DNA of 64,000 bases from Octopus sinensis (Eukaryota). Position numbers and translations under genes: made by a program. Positions 26,121-38,962 of this stretch are shown one piece after another (positions within the stretch are counted from its first letter, which is position 1; the number at the start of each line of letters is the position of its first letter). Below the pieces are notes generated by a model. It was not told where the DNA came from. It made no database searches and worked only from the letters and a program-made list of their open reading frames with translations. Where the stretch lies: NCBI RefSeq assembly GCF_006345805.1, contig NC_043013.1, forward strand, positions 47,988,001-48,052,000, given 5' to 3'.

Positions 26121-26139
26121 GATATATATATATATATAT

Positions 26140-26525
26140 GCAAAAAAATACAAACTGGGACAAAAACGCAAACATTTAGAAGACGATGCAAAAAACACGG
26201 ACGGGACATTCGAAGCCTTCAATCTTCAGTCAAGAACCGGATCATCCTCGCACTTTCGGCTGATTAATCTTGAGATTGCTCCAATCTGGCCAGCCGCAAG
26301 GAAAATCTAAGCTAAGCGCATTAGATTCCTTGGAAGAAAGCCTCGAATATATACAAAACAAAGACGGAAAAACGGACGATGTTATACGAATATGAATACA
26401 AAAATACGTAAAAACAATAATAATAATACGTAAAAACAATAAAGATAATAATAATAACAAAAACAGGACGTCACAAAGAGGCGTCTTTCGACAGGACGAG
26501 TAAACTTGAGCTGGCGTGTTAGAAA
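26140..26525. repeat. Unclassified dispersed repeat family (homologue at 47815-48170)
   Basis: Shared GAGATTGCTCCAATCTGGCCAGCC(G/C)CAAGGAAAA..CTAAGCTA..AGATTCCTTGGAAGAAAGC and GTCTTTCGAC..AGCTGGCGTG. Confidence 0.8.
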
Positions 26526-26689
26526 AATTTCTTAGGGCAGAGGGAAAAATGTGTCTTGCCGCATATATATATATATATGCTTGATGATGTCCCTATATAG
26601 TCAAACTATACCGTCTGAGACTAAAATGTGTGCTTGCGTATGTTTTCTTATTTTTCTATTTGCAAGGAGAATAATCCTCACGACTATAG

Positions 26690-26857
26690 ATACAAATTTT
26701 GGGGAAGGAGGCCAGCTGATTACATTGAGTCCAGGGCTCGACTGGTACTTAATTTATCAACCCCGAAAGGATGAAAGGCAAAGTCAACCTCGGCGGAATC
26801 AGAACTCAAAACATAAAGCATTTCGCCCGGCATGCTAACGATTCTGCCGCCTTTTGC
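26690..26857 (-). mobile_element. SINE family 2
   Basis: CTGGTACTTAATTTATCAACCCCGAAAGGATGAAAGGCAAAGTCAACCTCGGCGGAAT..CATGCTAACGATTCTGCC. Confidence 0.85.
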
Positions 26858-27617
26858 AGGGAGAATAATATGATGCATTTTTATCTTCTACAGAATAAGT
26901 GTAACAATCTGTTGTGTAACTACAATGAATTTATGTCAGATTTTTCCAATTTTATGCATAAAAGATTTATTGTGTATTTAATCACGCCGTCGACAAATAC
27001 CGGATATGCAAAATAGTCTAACCTTTTTGACTAAGAACTAGTTGTGACAAATTGAGATACTGTTGCTTGTGATCCATGAAATATCGTAAGACAATCTCTT
27101 TATTTTTCTGTGTACGAACAAACAGCAAGATGTATTTTCGCAGTCCACGGCGTAGGCTTAACAAATTGTAGTCTAATTGCAATTGAGTTATCGTAGATTT
27201 TCTACTACAAGCTGACCGTCATTTCTCAACGAATCTTTATATTTCGCAGAGAAGTTCAGAGTTTCAGTGAGAGGAAAAGAAAATAAGTAACAATCATGAC
27301 TAACTCTATAAATCGATTTTGTATGAAGGTGAGTTTAACCTAAAACGATATGTTTGTATAGCCATTTATATATACTACTTATTGTCGTGTCAGACATGCT
27401 GTCGAGGTTTTTGCCTCAGAGACAATCTTTTCATAAACATCCTGTGTTAAATACACATTATAACAATGGGTGCAAGATGAACATATCTCAACAGTAACCC
27501 ATGAGTAAGAAGTATTTAGGCTTCTTTGAGATTTGCTAATGACTTGCATATAAAGATTGTCTTTATTCTACTAACATTATTCTTGTTTGTATTTTTATGC
27601 TGATATATGAATATATT

Positions 27618-27800
27618 AAGTTGGAGAGCTGGCAGAATCGTTACCGCGCCGGTCAAAATGCTTAGCAGCGTTTCGTCCGTCTTTGGACTCTGAGTTCAAA
27701 TGACGCCGAGGTCGATAAAATAAGTACTGGGATCGATGAAATCCGATTTGCCAACTCTCATGATATTGCTAGCATTGTACCAAACTTTGAAACCAATATA
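27618..27800 (+). mobile_element. SINE family 2, internally deleted
   Basis: GAGCTGGCAGAATCGTTA..CTGAGTTCAAAT..GAGGTCGATAAAATAAGTACTGG. Confidence 0.8.
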
Positions 27801-27826
27801 TAGATTCGTGTGTGCAATGTTTTAAA

Positions 27827-27875
<49 letters not shown>

Positions 27876-28009
27876 CTCTCTCTGTCCCTCTTCTGCACTA
27901 TCTCACTCTCTATATATAGGTGTGTGTGTGTGTAATTAAAATATGCTCAGAGAAATAATTCAGTAACCAGTGACATACATTTGAAAGGCAAAGACAAATA
28001 AATATATAC

Positions 28010-28135
28010 TAAAGAGGATTTCTTGATTTCTTGCCGTTGTCTGCACTTAGAAGGAGATTAATACCTGGTGATCTTGCCGCCGGTTTTGAATAAGAAGGGG
28101 AGATCATCTGAATAAAATCAGCAGTTCTCATGAAG
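28010..28135 (+). mobile_element. Possible Penelope GIY-YIG C-terminal relic
   Basis: DFLISCRCLHLEGD*YLVILPPVLNKKG resembles the PLE terminal E..I..P.LN motif; short and degenerate. Confidence 0.3.
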
Positions 28136-28340
28136 GAAAACACAGAGATATTTCTGGAGATAAGAGGACAACGGTAGGCACGCGATCTCCATAACATTCT
28201 TTCTTTTTTTCGTACATGCCTAACTTATATTCTGATTGGAGTCAAGGTAGCATAATTAATGTGCTGCTGGCGTATATTAAACTAGAGTCACGTGTACACC
28301 CACACACACGTGTACAGAAACGAAAGTATGTATATATATA

Positions 28341-28423
28341 AAGCAGCAGAAATTTAACAAAAGCTGTTACTCGGAGTTTCACGTTCCCGTTCGTCGGACA
28401 GTTTTGTTAAATTCCTGCTGCTT
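28341..28423 (-). ncRNA. Minimal type I hammerhead closed by a 26-bp stem I (CCGACGA core)
   Basis: rc: AAGCAGCAGGAATTTAACAAAACTGT-CCGACGA-ACG ggaa CGT-GAA-ACTC c GAGT-A-ACAGcTTTTGTTAAATTTCTGCTGCTT; GUA triplet. Confidence 0.75.
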
Positions 28424-28509
28424 TTAAATAAACCATATTACTCTACCTCTGGTATTTGAGTACTCTTTTTTCCACCTTGTTTCACATTTATGTGTTTACT
28501 CCGGTATAT

Positions 28510-28546
<37 letters not shown>

Positions 28547-28982
28547 CGACAAAAAGGCACTGAGAAACCAACATGGGACCAAAGATCGTGCACAGTACTG
28601 GTTTCGATACCCCACTCCAGGGTCTACATAGTGAGTCAACCTTGGAATAGGCTCGAATGCAGATTACAATCCAAATAATAGATATTGTAATAGCATTATG
28701 AAAAATGGTACAGTATTCAATGCTTTCTAGAACATACACGCATCTCAGTAATATTCCCTAATAATTGCATAATAGTTTGTGGAAATAGTATGCAATCAAG
28801 CACCGCACCTCATTAAGTTCCACGATGAAACTTTATTGTATAATGTTTATACCACCGTTATATAAATTTGCTTAACGCTTCTATAACTATTATGCAATAA
28901 TTAAGCATTTTCCTGAAACACGTGTTTGCTCTATAGAGCATTCAATATCATACCAGCTTTCTGTATGCTATCATAATTTCTG

Positions 28983-29025
<43 letters not shown>

Positions 29026-29027
<2 letters not shown>

Positions 29028-29478
29028 TGGTTGTATAAAGTCAACATAACGTGACAGTCCCGTAGAGGGAATTACACCACCGCAATTTAGCCCTAGGAAG
29101 CATCGACGCTTCCTGTCGGCTTTGACACGTTTGCTGTGTCCTTATATTTGCAAAGGGGAGGCAAGCACCCCCACCAGCTAGGACTAGCAACCTGAAGACA
29201 TGAATGTTTCTAGGTATTGCCCGTCATCAGTCCGGGGTAGCGTGTCCCCGCTACCGGTGATACTTGCCAAGCCTTCGCAAATATATATATTTACAGTGAA
29301 ATCTATTCACTGGTCACCGTAATTATAAATGTCTCAAATGCCTCCCCTTTGCAAATATAAGGACACAGAAAATGTGTCAAAGCCGACAGGAAGCGTTGAT
29401 GCTTCCTAGGGCTAAATAGCGGTGAGGTAATTCCCTCTACGGGACTGTCACGTTATGTTGACTTAGTACAACCACTCT
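29026..29478 (-). mobile_element. Foldback cassette C: near-identical 140-bp inverted arms around a hammerhead
   Basis: 29026-29165 vs reverse complement of about 29340-29478 differ at only a handful of sites; arms share GTCAAC..GTCCC.TAG..TTTAGCCC.AGGAAG..CATC with cassette A. Confidence 0.85.
29191..29237 (-). ncRNA. Type I hammerhead, intact core and GUC site
   Basis: rc: CCCGGA-CTGATGA-c GGG caata CCT a-GAA-ACAT tc ATGT-C-TTCAGG; stem I has one mismatch and one G-U pair. Confidence 0.7.
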
Positions 29479-29607
29479 ATCGCTCCACCACCTCTCATGT
29501 CTCTTTGAGACATTTTGAAATTCAATATTTCTAATATATATATATATATATAATGTGTGTGAGTATATACACACATATATCCGCATACATACGCATATAC
29601 ATATGTA

Positions 29608-29689
29608 CTGTAATCCCTCGACTATTGCGGGTGTTGCGTTCCCAAACCCCCACAATAGGTGAACCGCGATATGGTGAGGGAGTACTCTG
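29608..29689. mobile_element. Tiny pogo/Tigger-like MITE
   Basis: TA|CTGTAATCCCTCGACTATTGCGG...CGCGATATGGTGAGGGAGTACTCTG|TA; imperfect TIRs with TA flanks. Confidence 0.55.
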
Positions 29690-30679
29690 TATATATAAAT
29701 GTTACGTGTATATGAATAAAATTTAGTACTGACTTTATCCCCATAAAATTTTCTTACTTAGAAAATATAATTTGAGAAAATGTCCACCAATTGGCATAAC
29801 CCAACGCTTCTTGTATTATCCTTGAAGTCGCTTCACTCAACAAAATACAAATATTAGTGGGTACGTTATTCCTTTTCTCTCTTTCAATTTCATTATTCTA
29901 CCTGAGTTTTAGATTTATTCTCCGCATAAATACCTTTGTTAGTGGCTATTTCTATTGGATATTTATGTTTGTTTTCGAACCCTTTTGGTCATTGGTCAAT
30001 AGTCTATTAATTTCAAATTGAACTCTATCGGCGTTGAACTGTAATTAAATACTGTCACTAAAATTTAATTAATTATAAAATATATTTAAGTTATAGTGAT
30101 CAGTATATTTCAACCGAATTATTTTTATATCAATTTCAAAAGTTCTCACATTTTAACAAAACACAAACACAGTGAAAATCAAATAAATAGATAACAGTAT
30201 GTTTAAACTAAGTAACTAAGAGAAAATATTGGCGGAAGATTTTGGAAATCAGACTATCCATTGAGGATTATTTTGAAAGAAATCATAAAGTAATCTTTTA
30301 TATTAAATTATCATTCTCACCTCAAGTGAATTAAATGAGATGCCTTCATTTAAAAGAACGGCTGTAATGATGTTTCTCTCTGCTTCTCTGCCATCCTTGC
30401 ATGAATATAAGTTCTGGCTTGAATGAAGCATAATTGGAAAGATTTTTTCTTTTCAATGTTCAAAGATAATGTTATTAAAGAAAATAAATAGAATTTGTAT
30501 TTTGATTTTCATAGAGGTTAGTGTGATTTCCAAACACATCTGTAATATATATACATACATACATAAATACATGTGTGTGTATGTATGTACGTCGGTATGT
30601 ATATATATAATGTATTGACATAGACATACACGTACATGTATACACATATGTGCGCACAGACACACGCATGCACGCACAC

Positions 30680-30725
<46 letters not shown>

Positions 30726-31019
30726 CATATACGTATATGTATATAGATACGTGTGTGAGAAATTATGCGCAATTCCGCATGTGTATGGGAAGAGTGTGGG
30801 GCAAATCTTTAAATATAGCGAGCTCTATACTGTTTAATCAAAGTGTACGTTCATGTTTTTTTGTTCCTGCTGCCATTTCTATTCAGTTATAAACTTTATT
30901 AATACTCTCTGTCCATTGCCACTACTTACACACACTTCTCTATTCATAATTATTCGAATACATACACACACACACGTATATATAAATATATATATATCAA
31001 TATAAACATATATATATAA

Positions 31020-31022
31020 CAG

Positions 31023-31095
<73 letters not shown>

Positions 31096-31119
31096 TATAG
31101 ATAGGTAGGTAGATAGATA

Positions 31120-31171
<52 letters not shown>

Positions 31172-31231
31172 ATAGATAGGTAGGTAGATAGATATAGATA
31201 GATAGATAGATAGACAGATAGAGAGAGAGAG

Positions 31232-31320
<89 letters not shown>

Positions 31321-31322
31321 TA
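31020..31322. repeat. (GATA)n tract of about 300 bp
   Basis: Visible tandem units. Confidence 0.95.
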
Positions 31323-31818
31323 ATATGGAATGGTATTTGTACAGCAAAATATAATCACATGCATGCATATAATGTTGGTTGTATGCAGTATAAATATATG
31401 TTAATACAAAATAGATGGCTGCGGTTAGGTGTTAGGACAGGAGTTTAAAATATTTCTTTCAGAGTTGAATAAGCATGGTACGATAAGCACACATATATGT
31501 ATTTATGTGTGAGTGTGTAAGTATGTATATATATGTAGGTAGGACTGTATATATATATATATATATGTAACGGATATATGTATATAGTATCCAAAATAAT
31601 TATTTGCTTTAGTTTATCATTTAAAGATGTGACATATAATTTTGATTGCATAGAAAGTACACATTTCATAAACGTATATATACGCAAATATTCATCAGAA
31701 TCTGGCGTAGAATATGTGATTTGCATCTATCAATACGGATATGTACATGTTTGAACCACTTCACAGCATTTTTGTTCGACACACGATACGTGCACACAAA
31801 CGCGCAAGAACACCCACC

Positions 31819-31853
<35 letters not shown>

Positions 31854-31857
31854 TATA

Positions 31858-31896
<39 letters not shown>

Positions 31897-32032
31897 TATT
31901 ATATATATATATATATATTTGTATATATATATATATATATATAATATATATATATATATATAATATATATGTATATATATGTATGTATATAATATATGTA
32001 TGTATATATATGTATATATATATATGTATATA

Positions 32033-32081
<49 letters not shown>

Positions 32082-33030
32082 GCGCACAAGCACAAATATA
32101 TATATCTATATGCTTCTGTTTATATACGCATATAAATGCGTATGATAATACATACACAAACACACACGTGTAGAAATACAAACCCACTCCTCACACCCAT
32201 GAAAATATATGCATTTGTGTGCGTGCGCGGTTCTGTGTGCGCGGGCACGTGTGTGCATGTTTGTGTGTGTGTGTCTGTGTGTGTGTTTGTGTGTGTGTGT
32301 CTGTGTGTGTGTTTGTGTGTGTGTGTGTGTGCGTGCGTTTGTAAATACTAAAATATGTATCTACATCGCTTTACATACCATAAATATTGACTTCTTATTA
32401 ACTTTTAAAGCCACAACTCTATAATGATTTGCGATACTTTCAAAGCAAATAAACTAGATATTATCTGCAATATTTCGATGAATTTCTGCATAAAACTCTT
32501 TAATAAACCTTTCACTAACATCTAATTCGTCGGCCAAATTAATGTCTCGTTAAGCTGTATTCCTTTACTGAGAGGATATTGACAATATCCACATAGATAT
32601 GCTGCCAGTTTGAGATAATAACGGATAATTTCGAAGAATTGGGAATCTTACCTTTCTCTGAAGTTGTAAAACGCTACCATCGCTCGAACGGTAAAATTAC
32701 ACAAAGAATATAATTTTACCCCTATTCTTCGTGCATTATAAGTAATCCTAACTGAGCACTTATAGCAGTCGAGTTCCATAAAATTAGGCATAAACCTGGT
32801 AAGATACAGAAGGGCAACATATGGTAGTTATTATTTAGATTCACATCTTAGATTTGAATTTCATAAATTTCCCTTCTGAAAAACCAAAGTTTTACTTCTG
32901 CGAAGGAAACCTTAATTATATGAATACAAATTTTACGTAATGGCTACTTTGTGGTAATGTACCGTGTAGTGTGGACACGTTGGTGCGAGTGCGTATATGA
33001 ATGTGTGCATGTGTGTGTGTGTGTGTGTGT

Positions 33031-33064
<34 letters not shown>

Positions 33065-33857
33065 TTCGTGTTTGTATGCGTGTGTATAATAAATACACCC
33101 ACCTATTTGTCCGTAATATATATTGTGCAAATATCAAAGCATGCATATGACACACACACACACACAAACACACGCACACACACCAAATATATGCATGTAG
33201 GTGTGTATTGTGTATATGTATATATCAACATAAATGCAACATATGTGTGTGAATGTGTGTGCTTTGTATATATATATGTGTGTGTGTGTGTGTGGTGTGT
33301 GTATACGTATACATGTAAAAGTAATAGATATATGTGTATATGTCTATATATGATAAGTGTGTGTATATGTGTTATGTGTGTGTGTTGTGTGTGTGTTGTG
33401 TGTATGTGTGTATGTGTGTGTGTTCCTGAGTAGATGAGTGAGAGAAAATAAATTTAATACTACTTCAAATATGTTTGAGCGATATTTGAACCCGTAAAAG
33501 ACTTTTCACTGCATTTCAAACAAAAAGGTGTACGACACCAGAGTTGGCTCACAGCGGCCCCTGATGAATGCATGCATTTTGACATGCGTCTTCAGTCCAT
33601 AGTTTTGGCTGATTCCTTGTAAGAGAAACTTTGCTTCCCAGTTAATTGAAAATTACCTCCCTTAGGCGCATTTTCTCCTGCGTTAAAGTAAGCCCTTTAA
33701 TAATTTTAGGTATGAAATTTTCTAAATCACTTAAAACTTTAATATTTTCTCGTTCACAATGCCAAAACTTGTTTCTAAAGTTTTAGAATCACCCATCACT
33801 TGCTTTAACATTAAGTATTGTGTTTCCACAAAGTTTCAGATGAAGAATTCAATTCCA

Positions 33858-34056
33858 GGTTATTTCTTTACTACCCACAAGGGGCTAAACACAGAGGGGG
33901 GACAAACAAGGACAGACAAAGGGATTAAGTCGATTACATCGATCCAGTGCGAAAGAATGAAAGGCAAAGTCGACCTCGGCGGAATTTGAACTCAGAACGT
34001 AACGGCAGACGAATTACGGCTACGCATTTCGTCCGGCGTGCTAACTTTTCTGCCGA
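33858..34056 (-). mobile_element. SINE family 2, variant 3' end
   Basis: AAGTCGATTACATCGA..TGAAAGGCAAAGTCGACCTCGGCGGAATTTGAACTCAGAACGTAAC..CCGGCGTGCTAAC. Confidence 0.85.
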
Positions 34057-34436
34057 ACACCACTAGATCTTTGTTATACATATCATATATTCACAGCTTC
34101 TATTTTTTTTAAATCTTGCCCAACTCTCATGAGTTTTCTGTCCCACTTCCCCAAAGTACGTGCCACTCGATCAACACAATATATTTTCAAAGAAAACCAC
34201 AGCAATTTAATAACTGATTTGTTAACGCCATACATTTCACAAACAGAAGCTAGAAGGATCCCATGCTTTTAATTTTTCGATTAGCTTTAATTAATTATGC
34301 CCATTTCGATATCTAAGTTCACAATCGTTTTGAAATTTCTTATCACCCAGGGACATTCTGAATAATTTGCAAAATTATAAAATCACGCCATAATTCGGAA
34401 ATCACAGCAACATTGCATATATGCCAGCACCACGAT

Positions 34437-34880
34437 TACTCTTTTACTCTTTTACTTGTTCCAGTCATTTGACTGTGGCCATGCTGGAGCACCGCCTTTA
34501 GTCGAGCAAATCAACCCCAGGACTTATTAATTAACTAACTTAACTAACCAACTTATTCTTTATAAGCCTAGTACTTATTCTACCGGGTCTTTTGCCGAAC
34601 CACTAAGTTACGAGGACGTAACCACACCAGCATCGGTTGTCAAGCGATGTCGAGGTGACAAACACAGACACACAAACATATACACACACGTAAATATATA
34701 TATATATATATATACATATATACGACGGGCTTCCTTCAGTTTCCATCAACCAAATCCACTCACAAGGCTTTGGTCGGCCTGAGGCTATAGCAGAAGACGA
34801 TTGCCCAAGGTGCCACATAGTGGGACTGAACCTGGAACCATGTGGTTCGTAAGCAAGCTACTTACCACACAGCCACTTCT
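34437..34880 (-). mobile_element. SINE family 1, full length, carrying a small insertion
   Basis: Matches other copies; extra (TAAC)-rich segment at 34529-34557. Confidence 0.9.
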
Positions 34881-35620
34881 TCGTGCTACCTCAAATGTAT
34901 AGAATATAGAGTAAGGAGCTCTTGCGCTGTTGTAAAATCTCCTTCGAATGACAACATACCCTTCTAAGACTGCAAAGGATTCATCGAATGATTTATTGTA
35001 ACAGATTCTTAAAATAATGTCTGAGTATTGCTCGAATGCTTTCTATGACTGACGGTTAAACGCCATTAACAGCAAGAACCTCTGTCTATTTAATCTAGCA
35101 CACTTTCATGGTGATCTTATAAATGATAAAGGATTTACTTTATCAAACTTATAGCTACTATCACTTTGTTTGGCAACCGAGGGACAATTTTTTAGCCTGA
35201 GCTGTAAACAGCTTGTTGGGAGTGTTATTGAAGTATTTTGCCTTAATGTTGTTGTTGCTGTTGTTGGTGGTGGTGTTGTGTGCGAGTGTTATTAGTGCTG
35301 CATTATTTTTAACCTACTCGTACACAACACAAATCAGAATAACATCCCTGATTAAAAACACATGCTCGTTATCGAAGTGAAAATAGCTAGTTTGAGAAGT
35401 AAGACCTCTATCTTTCGATATTTTCTACATATTCCTCTTCCCCCTTATCTCCTGGTCTCTCTTTCTCTCTAATACATCTTCTCACTTCAACTCATACACG
35501 TCCATTCTTACTTAAGTCACAGTCATTCTTTACTTCCATTTTTCTTCTTCACTGTAGAACACTTTCTGTCTGTGTCTCTCCATTTCTCTCATTTTCTTTT
35601 CTTCTGTCTGTCTGTCTCTG

Positions 35621-35690
<70 letters not shown>

Positions 35691-35706
35691 ACACACACAC
35701 ATCTAC

Positions 35707-35746
<40 letters not shown>

Positions 35747-35779
35747 AATGGTTTGTCTGGAAGACTTTGATAATGGATA

Positions 35780-37500
35780 CCGAATGATAAAGGATGACAT
35801 TGCAACAATTTCCATTAAGAACGACAAGACACGCAGAACACAGAAGTAGTTACATAAGTTAGTCATCTCGTCAGGAGTGAGATTCAAAACAAAGAAGTCA
35901 AAGTGCCTTTCTCTACTGGAGGGGAAAGTAGCGAACACAGTCTTACAGTCTTGTTCAAACAACCCATTCTATATATAAGGTGGAATAACCAGCCTTGGAA
36001 GATGGGGTTACAACTCCTTATAGGATACAAAAGAGGGAAAGAAAAAAGAGCGCAGTGGCAATGATGGATGTCAAGATTAATCCAAAATAAAATGGTTTGG
36101 TGTCTCTGTTATTGCCAAACGAATCAGAAGTCACCCTTAAACACCATCGCAGAATGTAAGAGTGGAGTACAAGGCTGGTCAAGAAAAGTTTTGTGTATGC
36201 TTGATGATTTTTGAATTACGGTTGTGAGAACCATCCAACCCAAACTAAGAATTGGTATAAAATTGCAAGCTTACAAGGCAGTGGATAAAGCGAGGTTGAT
36301 CCTCAAGCTTAGAGAAATAACAGGACACACTCAGACCAATAGACGGGGACTAGACTCAATGGAGTCAAAGGTAAAAGAGGGAAACCAAGAGAATTCCGAA
36401 GTCAATTCAACAGAACCAAGAAGGACATTGGACGACGTGGGAGAGTGTACTCCAGAGAAGTCTCAGCTGGAGTAGCATATGACTTATGAATTATAGCTGC
36501 TGTTAGTGTCAGCTTCATCCTCAGGTATGTATCTGACTTTCCGCCCTCAAATACAAACTTGAAACGGGAAAAATACATAACTAATCATGGCCACTCTGCC
36601 AAAGAAAACAAACTGTCAGACATGACTAAAAATTTATGCAAAATGGTCCTACCCTTAGGGAGGTACGCATGGAAATGCAATCAAGTGCTTAAAGAGACCT
36701 TGAATGTGATTTATACTGCGAGAGAAGACGAAACCACCAGATGCTCCATCAATGTTCTACAAAGTAGGGAGCAAAAGACTGTAACCTAGAACAGTTGTGC
36801 CAATAGAATCATAAAACCAGAGTCTACCAGATGGAGTGGAAGACTGGGAGTTCCCAGTAGACTTTTCAGAATGGAAAAATCACCCAGCCATCATCAAGTG
36901 TGGTATAAGACCAGATATTTTACTTTACTCTCATAAAAACTAGATATTCAGATTGACTTATGCTGCGCCATACGAAAGCAGAATGGAAGAAACCCGTATC
37001 TACCAGACTGGAAAATGTACCAATTAATCATCAGATTAAGAGAATCTGACTTCGAAGCCAAAATCCTTACTATAGAGATGAGAGTGAGAGGGTTTATGGA
37101 CAAATCTGCCTACGAGCTCAATAAATGGCTCTGAATTTCAGGGAAAGGAAAACTAGAGTTCTTGAGACAATCGCAAAACGAAGCTCAGAAGTACTGCGTC
37201 GGGATTTGAACAAGGACGAATGAAAGTGCATTCAGAAGGCATCATTTTCCACACGATCAACGGGTGTCTTTCTTTGAAGTGGTTACGACATCTAAGGAAG
37301 TTTGGCTCTGGAGCACCCTGACCATGCAAGAAGGTACAGATTGAAATGCAGACAGTAAAATAGACTGTGGCAGCAGAGAGGTATCTAAATGTCATGACCA
37401 GGATGTGGCAGGTCCCTCATAGGTTGTAAGGAATTAAGGGCCAGTGCACTTTCATCAGGGAGGCTTCCTCTCTGAAGACCTCCTGCCGTTAATCTCCCCT
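35780..37500 (+). mobile_element. Decayed RLE-type non-LTR retrotransposon (HERO-like), RT end to 3' UTR
   Basis: KDDIATISI..GVRFKTKKSKCLSLLEGKV..SLGRW; TIQPKLRIGIKLQAYKAVDKARLILKLREITGHTQTNRRGL; GRYAWKCNQVL; DWEFPVDF..GIRPDILLYS; APYESRMEE..; IEMRVRGF. Confidence 0.78.
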
Positions 37501-37629
37501 TAGATATTTTTGACAAACATACACACACATACACACAAACACATGCACACAAACACACATCAAACATACTTACACACATACACACACATAAATTTGCGTG
37601 TGTGTGTGTATGTGTGTGACAAGCACATA

Positions 37630-37672
<43 letters not shown>

Positions 37673-38962
37673 ATATACTTCAACTCATAAAGTCATGTAA
37701 AATGCTTTTGTCAATTTCTCCCACCCAGCCACTCAAAAAGCCTTTTTGTTTTCACTGCTTTACAATGAAAGTATATGTCATTTCTACGTTCTTATACCTC
37801 TTCTTTTTTCTGTTTTCTGTCGTTTTATTTCTGCTTATGTTCCCAGTTATTTTGTTCTCCCTGTTACTTCTAAACATTCACTCTACATACACCTTCTACA
37901 AAAACAAACAACTTCTGCAAAAGGATGGCCAAATGGGGGCTGTTTTCAAGTAAATTGACGGTATTCTTCTATCTTTTTGAGAGAACCTCACACAAGGTTT
38001 AGCTTCTCAGAGAAATTGAACTCTTCACTATTCTTTATCACCTGTTTTAGCTTTTCATAAATCAATAGTGCTTGCTATGAGCTCTGGTAATCACTTTCTT
38101 CCTATTGACGACTGTTTTTACTCTCGATTATCGCTCGGCGCAAATAAAACACAGCTGTGTATGCTTGTCATTTGAAACTGCTTATAGCGAAAGTCTTCTC
38201 TACAGAAACATGAATAGACGTTAATTATTGAAAAATTAACATTTTTCAACGATAACTTAATCCATTTCTTAATGTTTCTCGGCTTTATCTCTTCTTAGTT
38301 CATTCTTATTAACCACGATGAAATGAAACTAAGATATAGAAGTAGAATGAATTGGACTCGGCGACTATAAATGCTAGTCGAAAGTTTGGCTTGTCATACT
38401 AAATGGATATAAACAGCTTGTTGGGTGTATCAACTTCAACACACAGAAAAAGAAAAACGCTAACTCGCGAAATCTTTAAGAAGTTTTCAGATTTTCGAAA
38501 AGTTTTGGAAATAGTTTCTAGCATATAACGCAGCCTTTCTCACACACACATATACACACAAACACACGCGTGCACAATAATATAGATGTATATATACATA
38601 TGTACCTCGTATAAGTTATGTGTATTTACAAATACGTAGAAAGTTTAACATAGTGTATGTGTTGAATGCCATCACGTGTGCTGTGATACTTCGTATTATA
38701 AAAGATTTAAATTTCTAATTGCAAACCACAAAAAAAAACAGAGGATGAAGAAAAGGGAGCGGAGGAGTTCGCATGTACTTTGAAATGACCCTTTCTTCTG
38801 ATGTCACTGTATGACTGACGTCATCATAGTTCTTGCCTATCGAACCACACTCCGCTCTATGCTACAATTCAAGTTTTCGTGAATTCGGATTTCTGAGTTA
38901 TTTCCCTTACTTTTCTTGTCAATAATTATCACTGATGATTAATGATTATTCTTTTCATTACT

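Noticed and set aside
26195-26235. CTGAAGA-11nt-GAATGTC (minus), echoed by GTGAGGA-11nt-GAATGAC at about 47915-47945
   Set aside because: A15.1 is missing and there is no stem I complementarity. The positional conservation is curious, but a hammerhead cannot be supported.
26575-26625. TTGATGA..AAAC..GTC resembling a decayed hammerhead
   Set aside because: C3 and G12 are missing and the stems do not pair.
31625-31720. CTGATGA..CGTATATACG..GAAA on the minus strand with flanking complementarity
   Set aside because: No valid NUH triplet or stem III; at best a very decayed relic.
32455-32540. CCGACGA...GAAA-TATT gcagat AATA-TC on the minus strand
   Set aside because: Stem III and the AUC triplet look good, but the stem II base and stem I do not pair convincingly.
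33555-33600. CTGATGA on + and CTGAAGA on - around a GCATG hairpin
   Set aside because: No GAAA follows on either strand; it is a simple imperfect palindrome, not a hammerhead.
35800-35880. CTGACGA...GAAA...GTC on the minus strand
   Set aside because: No stem I pairing and a G would sit at H17; it lies antisense to HERO RT coding sequence.
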